Source of the DNA: a virus
Reading direction: 5' to 3' (one strand)
Virus record (IMG/VR): IMGVR_UViG_3300046787_000675
Span: 32,001 to 96,000 of that record
DNA length: 64,000 bases
Made by a program: the position numbers and the translations under genes
Shown: piece after piece, positions 28,831 through 40,743 of the stretch
How the letters are laid out: each line of letters starts with the position of its first letter
Numbering within the stretch: position 1 is the first letter of the stretch
The notes under the pieces: model-generated
The model's input: only the letters and a program-made list of their open reading frames with translations
The model's database searches: none
Told to the model about the DNA's origin: nothing

Positions 28831-30418
28831 CCCCCTGGATTCCTATCATTATCATTGTACCGTTGCGAAGACCGGTAGCGTATTTGTTTTCTCCTGCTTT
28901 TGCATAAGCCTCTGCATAAAGCTCATTCAGGTCAGATCTATTTTGAACATTATGCATAGGTTGGTTGGTTAAGTCTATTCTTAAGGAGCCTTGGCTTATG
29001 GGTTTTGCGAGGTCGGCCGGCAACTTATCTAATACTTCCGGCAATCTATATTCTCCTGCCATATTTTTTTCCTTATTATCTTCTTTGTTCATATAAAGGA
29101 GTCTGTAGAAAATCTTCATCTACTATTCGGGTATAAGTATGTATATCCAGCTCCTGTAGCAGCTTGTCTACAATTTCGATTAATTCCTCATCCCCTAGAT
29201 CTGTTTCCATTACAATGGACCCGGAGTACTCATACATAATGCGACAGCCTTCTTGCGACAGTCTATGACATATACGAGCCATTACAGCCGGGACTTTATC
29301 CGACCATACTCCTCGGATGAACTTGGCGAATCTATGAGAAGTGGTTACCTCACTGTATAGGGTATGTTGAATTAGATACTTTTTCATTAGAACTGCCTGA
29401 AGGCAATCATCTTGTTCCATACCGTCCAGTCTATCTCCTTCTAACATCGACAGAAGAGCTCTTTTAGCTTGCTCCCTTGTTATTCTCGGTACTTGCGTAC
29501 CTGCTTTTACATTAAACCAATCTGCAAGTACCTTCCAGAAATCTTTCTTGTTAGAATCTGTTAGTAATTTATCCAGGGCAGGGTTTAGAAGGTAGTTTAA
29601 TTCTCGAGCTATTACAGCTATCTCGTTTAATACTATTTCTATTGCTTTTGTTTTCATATGTTTTCCTTATTGTTAGTAACAGTATTTATCACACAGGTTA
29701 GCGATAAAATGCTTAGCTGCTCTCTCTGTGTTAAACTTCTCGTACCATGTGCAGTATCCTCCTACATTCCCTTGTAAGGAATAATCCATTTTTCTATTGG
29801 AATAAGATACGACGAAGAAAGGAACGTCCAGTTCTACTTCTTCATAGTCTGATACTAGATCGTCGTCTTCATTCCACTCCCCTCCTTCTCTATCTAAATC
29901 CTCAGGGTTGTAGATATTATCGTCGATAATACCTTCCGAGTGTTTTCCGCGATATTGTATGTCACGGAGCCTGCCGCACAGGGAAGGCTCTATAGATTGT
30001 AAATTAGGCGGATCCTGCCACCATTGTCCATTGTACAGATAGCAACCGCTATCCTTATGCCGGGCTATAGTTACTGATTTTTTCATATTGTGTTCCTTAT
30101 TGTTAAGTTGTTCTTTTGCCGAAGACTTCTTCTTCGGTTTTATAGCCGCTATATACGGCTGCGTCCTGCAGAGCGTCTATAAGGTGTACAACACCCTGTA
30201 TCTTCTCTACAACAGATACATCCTGCACATTCAGACTATGAAGTATCAAGGTATCTTTCTGTACCCGTAGCTGTTCCCAGTCTATGGGTAAATCACTAAA
30301 TAAGACTGGAGATAATTCCTCTTCTGTTATTTGATCCATAATAGGTCCTTTTATTTAATTGAATAGGTCGACAAAAGATATGTCGGCTTATATATTATAA
30401 AAAATTAAAGTATAAAAA

Positions 30419-31876
30419 ATGAGCATCGACAATAAACAATTATTAAGCTTCCTATTTAAACAGGCGGACAATAATAATCTCCTAACTACTTTGCAGTACC
30501 AGCAACAGAGAGTAGTGGATAAGATGAATGAGCCCGCTAGAACGGGACTTGTTGTTGCTCATGGGTTGGGGTCAGGTAAAACACTGACAAGTATTGCAGC
30601 TATTAATTCTCTTAATTTACCTGCAGATGTTGTGGTTCCTGCGGCTTTAAAAGATAACTATCTTAAAGAACTTAAAAAACATCTAAAAAAAGAACTAGAT
30701 ATATCCCTCCATAGTTTACAAAATACAGCATTAAATAAAGGAGAACACTTAAATAAACAGTTATTAGTAGTTGACGAGGCACATAGACTTAGAAATCCGG
30801 GCAAAGCATCAACAGCTTTAAAGACACATACACCGTCTAAGATTATGGCATTGACCGCCTCTCCTTTCTATAATCATCCGGCGGATATAGCAAGCCCTAT
30901 AAATCTGGTTGCGGGGGAAAATATTTTACCGGAGAATGTTAAAGATTTCGAAGAAAAATACATAACATCTGTCCGTATTCCTCCTAGTTTTCTAGAACGT
31001 CTTCAAGGTATTAAAGGTTATACTGCACAAACTATAAAAGAATCCAACAAAGAAAAACTTCGTAAAATTCTAAATAAGTATGTCGATTATTATCCTGGCT
31101 CGGCCGAAGGTTTTCCGACACGAACAGATGAAACTATAAAAGTCGAAATGTCGCCGGATCAAGTCGAAACATACGATAAAGTAATGAAGGATATACCCCC
31201 AGAACTACTTTATAAAATAAGACAGAATATGCCGGCTAATGCACGCGAGACAGCAAATTTAAATGCCTTTCTTACTGCGGCCAGGCAAGTGTCAAATACT
31301 ACGGCTAAATACACGTCTGCAATAGAGCAACCCAAAATAGATACTGCTGTGTCTTATCTGATGGATCACTTGAAAGAAAATAATAAAAATAAAGCTATAG
31401 TCTATTCTAATTTCCTAGATTCCGGGATTAATCCTTACAAACAAATGCTGGATAAGAATAAAATACCTTATGGGGAATTCACCGGTGAAATGCCGCATGC
31501 TGTACGCGACCAATTAATCAGGGATTACAATAAAGATAAAATAAAAGCTCTTTTATTATCTAGTGCTGGTGGGGAAGGGTTAGATCTTAAGGGTACCAGT
31601 TTAATTCAAATACTCGAACCTCACTGGAATGATGAGAAGATAAAACAGGTAATAGGAAGAGGTATTCGCTATAAAAGTCACGAACACCTCTCCCCAGAAG
31701 AACGGAAAATAAAGATTCAAAAATTTATTTCTACCTTACCTCGTAGCGGCTTGTTACAAAAACTAAGGCTTAAGGATCCGGACACATCTACGGATGAATA
31801 TCTCCAAGAAATGTCGGATAGGAAAGAAAGATTATTGAATCAATTTAGAGAACTTCTTAGCGAGAAAATCTCTTAA
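30419..31876 (+). CDS. SNF2-like SF2 helicase/ATPase
   Basis: HGLGSGKT, DEAH, TAS, SSAGGEGLDLKG, EPHWN, QVIGRGIR. Confidence 0.9.
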   Translation: MSIDNKQLLSFLFKQADNNNLLTTLQYQQQRVVDKMNEPARTGLVVAHGLGSGKTLTSIAAINSLNLPADVVVPAALKDNYLKELKKHLKKELDISLHSLQNTALNKGEHLNKQLLVVDEAHRLRNPGKASTALKTHTPSKIMALTASPFYNHPADIASPINLVAGENILPENVKDFEEKYITSVRIPPSFLERLQGIKGYTAQTIKESNKEKLRKILNKYVDYYPGSAEGFPTRTDETIKVEMSPDQVETYDKVMKDIPPELLYKIRQNMPANARETANLNAFLTAARQVSNTTAKYTSAIEQPKIDTAVSYLMDHLKENNKNKAIVYSNFLDSGINPYKQMLDKNKIPYGEFTGEMPHAVRDQLIRDYNKDKIKALLLSSAGGEGLDLKGTSLIQILEPHWNDEKIKQVIGRGIRYKSHEHLSPEERKIKIQKFISTLPRSGLLQKLRLKDPDTSTDEYLQEMSDRKERLLNQFRELLSEKIS

Positions 31877-32299
31877 TTACCTGAGGATCTGTTTCTTCCT
31901 GCAAATCCTCTTCCTTTGGTCCAGAATAACTGTAAAATACGTGTTCGTATTTATATTTTGCGATTGTTATCGCTATATTACGGAACATTCTTTGTGTGGT
32001 TCCCATAACTACAGCAACCAAGACCATCAATACTAATACTGCGTACATATTTTTTCCTTTTGTTTTTATGTTATTTAATAAACCATACAAGTAAATTTGT
32101 ATGGGTGGTAGAGGACAATTTGTGGTTGTCTGCTACAATACCTACTGCCGCTACAACATCGTGTTTGTGGAGCAGTTTTTTTACTTCGTCAATTAATGTC
32201 TGTGCCATTTAGCACCTCACTTTGTTATGTTTTTTTGTTAAGTTTGTCTCCCTTTAAAAAAGAAAGAAAGACAATGGAGAATCTCACATACTAATTATC

Positions 32300-33232
32300 T
32301 TAATTATGTTTATTTTCAAGTATTTCCGCAACTTTGTCGAAGAAATTCTTATAACACATAGCTAATTTTAAGTAGTTATCGTAACTTGGTTGTGCGTACT
32401 TTTTAATATCTTCCTTTGTAGAATTAAATACATCTTGAATAGTATTATCCGGTACGGGAAATGTTTCTTTTTTACATATTGGAGGTAGACCTCTACCTAT
32501 ATCAATAACCATCTGAGGGTCTTGCATATACATATTGCTTATATGTTTTAGCAACTCCACCCTTTCAATAGATATCCGAATATTGTCTACAGCTTCTGTC
32601 CTTACGCGCTCCAGCGCCCTGTATATTCCGTCAACAGTGCACCTATCCATCACATTAGATGTAAGCAACCACTCAGTTATATTTTTAGCTTGACTAGTAT
32701 AATTTCTGCCGTACTCGTTTCGGAGTTTAGAAATCATTTCTTTAAGGCACTGCGCGTGTTCCTTTTCCAGGGTTATTAAATCACGCGAAGCGGTAACATT
32801 TGTTGCATGTTTTTTATTGTTTTCCCACATTGCGTGTGTGAACGCGACAAATTGATTATTTGGTTTAAAGCCTAAGGGGGAGAAATAACCAATTGACCAT
32901 AAATGCTCAATAATGTAAATTGCTTCCTTAGGAGCTTTAGTTTTCCTTAAAAACCAATTATAAATTACTGATCTAAATCGGGGTAAATATTCTTTACCCG
33001 GATATCTACTGTGTTGTGTACAGAAGTATTCGAATATACCTTCTACTAGTTTTTTGTATGTGGGATAGTCTTCTTTATGTATCTTCACAACATATTCGGT
33101 TATTTCTTTCGCTAAGGGTCTGTTTTTTATATTACGGACTTTTATCAATTCCTTATCATCTACAGTAAAGGATATTGCTGTTTTTATTCCTCTCTCCAAA
33201 GAGGCTTCTAAATTAGGGGGATCATTTACCAT
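32300..33232 (-). CDS. Hypothetical protein
   Basis: 310-aa ORF. Confidence 0.6.
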   Translation of the reverse strand: MVNDPPNLEASLERGIKTAISFTVDDKELIKVRNIKNRPLAKEITEYVVKIHKEDYPTYKKLVEGIFEYFCTQHSRYPGKEYLPRFRSVIYNWFLRKTKAPKEAIYIIEHLWSIGYFSPLGFKPNNQFVAFTHAMWENNKKHATNVTASRDLITLEKEHAQCLKEMISKLRNEYGRNYTSQAKNITEWLLTSNVMDRCTVDGIYRALERVRTEAVDNIRISIERVELLKHISNMYMQDPQMVIDIGRGLPPICKKETFPVPDNTIQDVFNSTKEDIKKYAQPSYDNYLKLAMCYKNFFDKVAEILENKHN

Positions 33233-33408
33233 TGTTTTTTTCCTTTAAGTAAGGGTGTCTTTTTTTTAATTCTCTAATAAATTCCTCAATATCCTGTTTA
33301 GATAAATCACTATGGACTAAATCATCGATTAGAGAGTCCACAGCTACTCTAGTGGAGTCGTCTACGGAAAAACGAAGCGTTATCTTATTTAGCACGTTTA
33401 CTCTGCTT

Positions 33409-33520
33409 CCTTCTTTGTGTACTTTTGTACAGTTTTTAAGTTCCTGCTTCGTCCCTTTGCTAACGCAAAGATCCACAGGCTCTTCCGGTTAAGCCAACCG
33501 GGATAAGTTTATAGCTGCAT
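33409..33520 (-). ncRNA. Putative omega/reRNA scaffold of the solo TnpB
   Basis: After the stop: CCTGTGGA-CTTTGC/GCAAAG hairpin-GAAGCAGGAA...AAAGAAGG, a typical TnpB right-end layout. Boundaries approximate. Confidence 0.55.
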
Positions 33521-34538
33521 TCAGGTCTCTATTAATTGAAAGACTGCAGCTTGTACATTTATATGTACGCTCGGAAAGTAGTAGCACATCTTTGATGTTC
33601 CCGCAACCCGAGCAAGTTTTACTGCTTGGGTAGAAACGAGGTGCTTCTACAACTTTCCTGCACTTGTATAATAACTGACGCTTAAACTCGTAGAATCCGC
33701 AATCGGAGATTGCTCTGGATAACCTAGAGTTTTTAAGCATATTCGATACACCTAAAGTTTCTACAACTACAGTGCCGTGGTTTTTGGCTATTGTAGTGGT
33801 AGCTTTATGTATGTTATCGTTGCGTACGCAACTTATTTTGTAATAAAGTTTACGTAACTTAGTTACAGATTTAACCCAGTTCTTAGAACCTTTAAGTTTC
33901 CGGGACATAGCCTTTTGTAGTCTATGCAGCCTTTGGAGGTTAGTCTTAAGCGGTTTAGGGTTAGGTACTTCTGTTTTGTCTGATAGGACAGCTAAAGACT
34001 TAATTCCTAAGTCGATTCCTACAGTTCCTGTAGTAGCTCTTGTATCTTCTATTTCTGTTTGTACGGAAATAGAAAGAAACCATTTATCTCCTTTTCGAGA
34101 AACTGTACCAGACTGGATTTTACCTTCGAAACGAAGGGATTCTGTCATTTTAACTTTACCTATTACAGGTAGCCGAACCTCCTTCCCATTTATAGAAAAC
34201 TTATCGTTGCTTACATAGAAGCTATCTCTCTGCCCTTTCTTCTTAAAAGAAGGGAAAGCAGAGAGCTTGCTAAAGAACTTAGAAAAAGACGCTTTAAGGT
34301 TTGTAAAGGGCTGCTGATTTGCATCTTTAGGAGACTCGTACACCCATTCTGGTTTACTCGCATTCCATTGCTTTTTAAGGGCGTCGATGTTAGGTTTCTC
34401 TCCTTTATCTAAAGCTTCTTTATAACAGGCTAACGCCCAGTTGTAAGTAAACCGAGCAGTACCGCAAGCTTTTGCAAAAGCTTGCTTTTGCTCTGCTGTA
34501 GGTTTAAGTTGGATTAAGTGTGCTCGGTTTAAGTTCAT
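33489..34538 (-). CDS. tnpB: Solo TnpB (no adjacent transposase)
   Basis: CGTARFTYNWAL, GIDLGI, VVETL, SSKTCSGCG...CTSC, RDLNAAINL. Confidence 0.93.
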   Translation of the reverse strand: MNLNRAHLIQLKPTAEQKQAFAKACGTARFTYNWALACYKEALDKGEKPNIDALKKQWNASKPEWVYESPKDANQQPFTNLKASFSKFFSKLSAFPSFKKKGQRDSFYVSNDKFSINGKEVRLPVIGKVKMTESLRFEGKIQSGTVSRKGDKWFLSISVQTEIEDTRATTGTVGIDLGIKSLAVLSDKTEVPNPKPLKTNLQRLHRLQKAMSRKLKGSKNWVKSVTKLRKLYYKISCVRNDNIHKATTTIAKNHGTVVVETLGVSNMLKNSRLSRAISDCGFYEFKRQLLYKCRKVVEAPRFYPSSKTCSGCGNIKDVLLLSERTYKCTSCSLSINRDLNAAINLSRLA

Positions 34539-36023
34539 AAATTACTGGTAGTTAGGTGTTAAAGGTTGTGGTACTGTGTACATTAAAATACACTATTTAA
34601 GGAGCTAAGTCAAGCTTCTCACATAATTCTTTGAATTTATTCGATTTTACTGAAGTATCCACATAGATATCTAATTGATTCATATGTGTATATTTTACTT
34701 TATTAGTGCTATCCACTGTTTTGAATTCAGGGAATACTTCAGTAGTCTGTGTATTTACGATATATGCTATCTTGGTATACATACATTTATGTAATTCTAA
34801 CACATCTGTTAAATTACATATGTATGTAGGAGGTTTTATTTCTTCGTCTGGTACCATCGTGTCTTCCAGAGGAGGTGCCACATTCATACCTGTAGGTATT
34901 TCTTCGAACTCGACATTTACAATATCTGCTTCTTGATATTCGGTAGTATGTGCCTGGATACGCTCATTCATGCATTTAGCTATATTATCATGAAAATCAG
35001 GGGAGTCGGAAGAAATAGCCTCGATATCATAGAAACTATTATGTAGTCTGGTTATCTTTATTTTGTAGTTTTTCATTTTTATCTCTCAGTTGTTGTAGCC
35101 CTTTTTTGTTATCTCTTAGATGAGTTATGTTCTCAGCCCTTTTAAATTTTCGCACTTCTAAGACAGATAATGTTGCCATTCCTACCGGTCTACTTACGTA
35201 CTTGCCCCTGGATCGCATAATTAACGTTGTAGATAGATTAACTACTAAATCAGGGACATCGTACCATGGTCCGGAAGGATGATATAATTGACCGATATAT
35301 TGCAGTTCTATAATATAAGGCACGCCTCCTAATATTATTCCTATAAAAAGATCAGAACTGCTTTCGGCCATTAGTTGTATATCCTTGTTATTGAGAGATG
35401 TTAATAAAAATATAATCTGTCAATTTGGGATACACAATAGGTTGCAGAAATAAATATGTATATTTATTGTATTTTATCTGCATGTTTCTCTTTTAACATA
35501 AGATTTATAAAGGAGTCTATAATAGAGTTATCTATCTCTTTGTTTTTATGATCCTTTATGCTGTCCTTTATAAGTATAACATTGTCTTTTTCATCTACAT
35601 GAGTACTGAACTGTATGCACATGGGCTTATCTGTGTCTCTTTGTTCTATTGTACCTGTATCTTCTCTATATTTTATTGTTGTCTCTACTTTCCCTAATCC
35701 AGTAGGTTTAAAATAGAGAACGGCCGTTACAATATGTTTCACGTTCCTCCTTTGAGTCTAACTCGGTTATTAGGCTCCCGTCGACTACAGCCTCCCTATC
35801 GGAGGAAGGCTGAATTATTATGGATATTATTTTTAGGTTGTTCATTATGTGTTTATTGATTTCTTCGTCCTTGTTATCAAATTCCTTAGCAAAGGCTTCT
35901 ATGGCTATTCTTTTTATATTCTCTATTTTGTTTTTATGGTTTATACCACAATACACAGGAATCTTATAAAATGTCTCATCTTCGTCTTCATTTAAAGGAG
36001 GTAATCTAACAATGACGTCGTGC

Positions 36024-36884
36024 TCAATTAACATATGTAACCTCTGGAATATCTCCTGCAAGTGCTTTCCTGGCTATATCTTTTGTATCTTCAGGAAAAT
36101 CGTTTTTTATTAACCAATTCAAAAACCCAGGCTGTTGTTTAGCCAAGTCATTTAGAGACATACCAGAATGTTTACCGATACATATTACAATTCTATTTGC
36201 TGAAGTTACCTTGAATATACCTTGCGAGTCATGCCAATTAGGATCTTTAGATAAATCGGCAAGTATCTTATTACTCTCTTCATCGGCGGCATATAATTTT
36301 CGCTGTGCATCTACTACTTTCAAGGTAGATATCACGTCTCCGAGGGCATTATGGGCATCTTCAATCTCTTCACCACAGTATGTTTTTACCGCCGCAGCTA
36401 GAGTTCTAGGATGGTTCCGGATAAATATCTGGAAGGCATCGATAAGATTTCTATTATCTAGATCTATTGTTTTCCCTAATCGCTTAAGGTTATTTTCCAG
36501 AATGTATCGGTCAAACTTATTGGAGTTAAAACCGGCAATATCTACTTGGCTATATTCCTTTCCATTTTTATGTGTCTTGTTGTTAAATATATGTAGTATC
36601 TGTTCAACTACTGCTTCTAAAGGATTCGCGCCGTCTAATTGTGCTTGTGTTATCCCTGTAAGTGTAAGAACCTCGGCGTCAACTTGCATTCCTGGATTAA
36701 CATACACGTTTATAAGTCTATCGTGCAATAGAGATTGTTTATCCTTATAAGCATTTAAGTTTTCAAGGAGGATATTTATATTCTCTCCCGGCCAAATCTT
36801 AAGTGCACATATTTGAATTATTCGTGCTGTTTGCTTATCGAGACCTGTTGTTTCCAAGTCATAGATTACTAAGGGGTTTTCCAT
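36024..36884 (-). CDS. DEDDh 3'-5' exonuclease (DnaQ/epsilon-like)
   Basis: YDLETTG, GFNSNKFD, HNALGD; C-terminal GKH-G...WL domain. Confidence 0.9.
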   Translation of the reverse strand: MENPLVIYDLETTGLDKQTARIIQICALKIWPGENINILLENLNAYKDKQSLLHDRLINVYVNPGMQVDAEVLTLTGITQAQLDGANPLEAVVEQILHIFNNKTHKNGKEYSQVDIAGFNSNKFDRYILENNLKRLGKTIDLDNRNLIDAFQIFIRNHPRTLAAAVKTYCGEEIEDAHNALGDVISTLKVVDAQRKLYAADEESNKILADLSKDPNWHDSQGIFKVTSANRIVICIGKHSGMSLNDLAKQQPGFLNWLIKNDFPEDTKDIARKALAGDIPEVTYVN

Positions 36885-37583
36885 CCGTTTTCCTTTTTAA
36901 TTTTTTCCCATTCGTTTAAGTTATGTGCATCTAGATATTTAAATCTAAGTGGGCACGATGACATACGAAAAGACATAGCACCTTCAGATAATTCTCTAAA
37001 AAATCTACCGTTTGCTAACAGAAGAATCTTAGCGACTTCCAAGACACTTAGAGGTATAGATATAACACAAGATGTAGCTGTATAATAGATACTGTTTGTT
37101 TTAAAGCCGTATTCCTCAATGTATTGTTTAGTTAAACGAGGAAGCAAACCAAAGATATCTTCTAGTTTTCTAAGTACATCTTCGTGCTCTCTCGCTGTTA
37201 AATAGTGTGTGTCTGGAGTAGGGTTATCTTCCATGAATTTTTTCAATTCTTTTAGATTATTTTTTGTCTGGATAGTTATTAATAATTCATGAGTTATAAC
37301 ATTATTAGATAATAACATATTTGCAGCCACTTCTTCCAGAAAAACAGTTAGATTGCTTCGCAGTACAAAAAAATCCTGCATATCTTCTTTTAACGTCTCG
37401 GTATTTATGTGTTTCTCTTCTAGTTTCTTTCTAGCTGCGCGTTCAGCGGACGTGGCCATAAGAACTAAATATTCATAAACAATATCCCCTACTTCAGCTA
37501 TATTTTTATAAGCTGTACCTGCAAGATGGGATTCTCGCAAGTACTCCACCTGCTTAAGTAGATCGGCTTTTTTATCCATTCCT

Positions 37584-39200
37584 TTATTCCTTTAATTTTG
37601 TTCTGTAATGATTTTCAATTAAGATGTTTATATCCTCCGGAATATATAACGCTTTTTTGGCTCTTGTACAAGCAACATACAATAAATTAGCTTCTTCTGT
37701 TCTAGAAAAAGAATACACAGTTGGAAGTAGATAATTCTTACTTACCTGTTTATTTTTTCTATTATCAGCCTCAATAAATGTATCAACGAAGTCTGTACTT
37801 ACTTCAACAACATCCCATTCTAGGCCTTTAGATCTATGTGCTGTTGTTAGAAGTATAACTGCTTTGTTTTCGGGGACTGCCTCAATCATTATTTTATTAA
37901 CAAGATTCGGAATGTCTTTCCCGTATCGTGCAGTTACTGATAATAATATCTGTGTAGCTACATCATCCGCCCCGGCAGCATAGGCTGCTAGAGATTTAAC
38001 CGCATCAAATGTTCTAATAAAAGAATTCTTTATATGTGCTTTTTTTCCTTCCGATAAATAGTGGACATCCAATACATCTTGCAATAAATCGGACGGCTTT
38101 CCTCCGGAAAAACCAAATGGGATTTTTTTAGCTAAACATATAGCAGCATTATCGAATAACTTGGCATTAGTACGCGTCAAAACAGTTCGTTTAAGCATTC
38201 CTATTGATGATCCTGGATATACAATATGCACACCCGGAGTAATAAGAGGATCAACTATATCGTTAGTTATGGTAGAGCTTAGCGGTACATCCTCATCCTT
38301 CCAGGACTTAAGGATTTTTGTTGCTAATCCGGCAATATAAGGAGGGAAACGGAATGTATACGAAAGTCTGTATTCTTCTGTTATGTTCTCTATATTGTCA
38401 AAGGCATTACAGCTACCTCTCCAGGAATAGATTTGTTGGTGCGGGTCTCCTACATAAAATTTGCATGAACTGGCTCTATTCACAATATCTAATGTAGCTG
38501 CATTAGCATCTTGTGCTTCGTCGTACATTATGTAGTCGTAATGTTTACCTAAATCCATACCTTTTAATTGATATAACTTTAAATAACCATCGTGTGTTAA
38601 TGGGAACGAATCCTCAAAGCTGATCATAACATTCCAGATATTTTTCGCTATGGTAAGGATGACAGCGTCTGGTATTTGTATACCCAATTTAGTCATATAA
38701 CTGTACGGAATGTTATTTTCATTTATTTCGCGGTCAGCTGATTGAGTATATTTATTAACTGTTAGCCAAGCTATATTTGTTAGGCCCCAGTCGACTATGT
38801 ATCGCGAACACCACAAATATACTTCCGATGACGCCTCTATCTCTTTAGATATTATTTTTCTAAGGATATACTCGACACATGTTTTTATTGATGTTTTATA
38901 AGGGTCGGTTATCATTTTGCCGGCTTCCCGGTATTGAGTACCTACGCTGGCGTATGCCAGTTGATGTGTGGTTACAACAGTAACTGTTCTAGGGAACTTT
39001 TGTTTGGCTTCTACTACAATATCTTTATTGTATGCCAAGTATAGTCCTTTCCACGAAGGCATTTTTTTACTTATGCTTTTAGTTAGTTCTACCAGTATAG
39101 TTGTTTTGCCACATCCGGCATAAGCTTTTATAGCTATTGTGTCGTCTTTATTGTACGACCGCTGGATAACAGCATTCTGTTCTGGTGTGTAGGATTTCAT
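37584..39200 (-). CDS. UvrD/Rep-like SF1 helicase
   Basis: AYAGCGKT, DEAQD, VGDPHQQIYSWRG, TAHRSKGLEW, YVACTRAK. Confidence 0.92.
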   Translation of the reverse strand: MKSYTPEQNAVIQRSYNKDDTIAIKAYAGCGKTTILVELTKSISKKMPSWKGLYLAYNKDIVVEAKQKFPRTVTVVTTHQLAYASVGTQYREAGKMITDPYKTSIKTCVEYILRKIISKEIEASSEVYLWCSRYIVDWGLTNIAWLTVNKYTQSADREINENNIPYSYMTKLGIQIPDAVILTIAKNIWNVMISFEDSFPLTHDGYLKLYQLKGMDLGKHYDYIMYDEAQDANAATLDIVNRASSCKFYVGDPHQQIYSWRGSCNAFDNIENITEEYRLSYTFRFPPYIAGLATKILKSWKDEDVPLSSTITNDIVDPLITPGVHIVYPGSSIGMLKRTVLTRTNAKLFDNAAICLAKKIPFGFSGGKPSDLLQDVLDVHYLSEGKKAHIKNSFIRTFDAVKSLAAYAAGADDVATQILLSVTARYGKDIPNLVNKIMIEAVPENKAVILLTTAHRSKGLEWDVVEVSTDFVDTFIEADNRKNKQVSKNYLLPTVYSFSRTEEANLLYVACTRAKKALYIPEDINILIENHYRTKLKE

Positions 39201-39279
39201 TATTATTTTTCCTTTTATGATAAATATAGCCTATATAAATTCTATATCTGGGGTATATTACCTTACCTCATTTATAAAT

Positions 39280-39309
39280 AAAAGAGCCGGAGATCTTCTC
39301 CGGCTCTTT
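39280..39309. terminator. Intrinsic terminator (perfect 13-bp stem)
   Basis: AAAGAGCCGGAGA-TCT-TCTCCGGCTCTTT. Confidence 0.8.
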
Positions 39310-40743
39310 GTTTTTAGCCTATATCTGGATATTCTTCTACAGATTCGTCAGCTGTATATTCAACTAGATCCTTTGCGATTTGCGTAGCAATCTTAATTAG
39401 ATTATCGTCGCTTTCACTAATCGATCTACTCAGAATATCTTTTATTTTTTCAATAGAGTTTTGTAGTTTAACCTGTTTACTGATTCTGTCCACCAAGATA
39501 GGCTTACAACTATCAAAGTTTATAGATTTCAAAACATCTAGTAATTGATTTAATTGGTCAATTGATAGTGTATTTATACCTGTATAAAAGCTATCTACTA
39601 AACGACATAAATCTCGTGATTCTTTGTATACTTCATAGGGTATACCTGATTCGTCAGGGGAATTTACAGGTTCAATTTTATCTTCTTTAAGAAGATCTTC
39701 TTCTGCATATAAAGGTATATTAATATGGTTTTTATCGTTTTCTAAACTAATTTCTATACCGTTATTCGATACAGCGATATTTACATCTACGTGCGTGAAT
39801 ACCCCGTCAGATGTTATTGCCGGTACATTCAGTTTACTCTTTTTAGGTTTACCGTCTGTCATGTTGACTATGGTTAATATTTTGTCTCTGTCTTTTACAG
39901 TTATGTTTTTACCTAACTTATCTACAACAGCATATATCGTTTTTTCTTGCATACTATTTCCTACTTTCTTTTCCGCTTTTATAATAGGTGTTATAGATTT
40001 TAATCAACTTAGTTTGATTACTCTCTGTAAGCTGTTTCCACTCTTTCCACGTATTTTCCGAAGGAGGGACGTTGTTTTCACCAGAACTACCATGTATATG
40101 TCCTAACCATTTGGCTTTATCTGCCAATATATCCATTATAGATCTATCTTTAACAATATCCTCTTCCTGTTCCTCCGGATTATGTTGTCTTTTTCTTTTG
40201 GGGGGATGTCTATGATTTTTGTTTTTAGGGACATCATCTGTAACGTCTTTAAACCTATTGAGTAACTTGTTTCGTCTTTTCTTGTTACTTAATAATATTT
40301 TTTCATTTCGACCCTCCTCTTTTTTTTCTATGTCCATTATTATACCTTATTTAGCCATTTTTTTAGGGGGAATATATCCGAGCTCTTCGGCTTTTTTATC
40401 GGAGAGGATATTGAATCCTTTGCGCTCCTCGTCGATTCTCATTGTCCTTTCAATACGATTAGCGTAGTCCGCTAAATTAAGATGAGCCATCGTCTCTTTT
40501 GTTTTTAGATAAACAGTCCCATCGGACGCCTGCCAATGCGTATTGTCCGGGATTTGTTCGACGGCTTGTCTACACTCCTCTTTAAATGTACTGCTTAAGT
40601 GTTTATAGACTGTATCACTAACAACTACCAGTGCTTGTTCTTTGCTACATTTAGTTGTTGTCATTTCTTCGTTTATAAATGCTTCTGTAACGATTTTTAA
40701 AGTGTCCGCTAATGTGTTAACGGAATTAATATAATTTGTTAAA

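Noticed and set aside
33222-33476. 84-aa ORF as annotated
   Set aside because: Its first ~23 codons lie in the TnpB right-end/omegaRNA. Only the distal part is likely a native, possibly truncated, gene.
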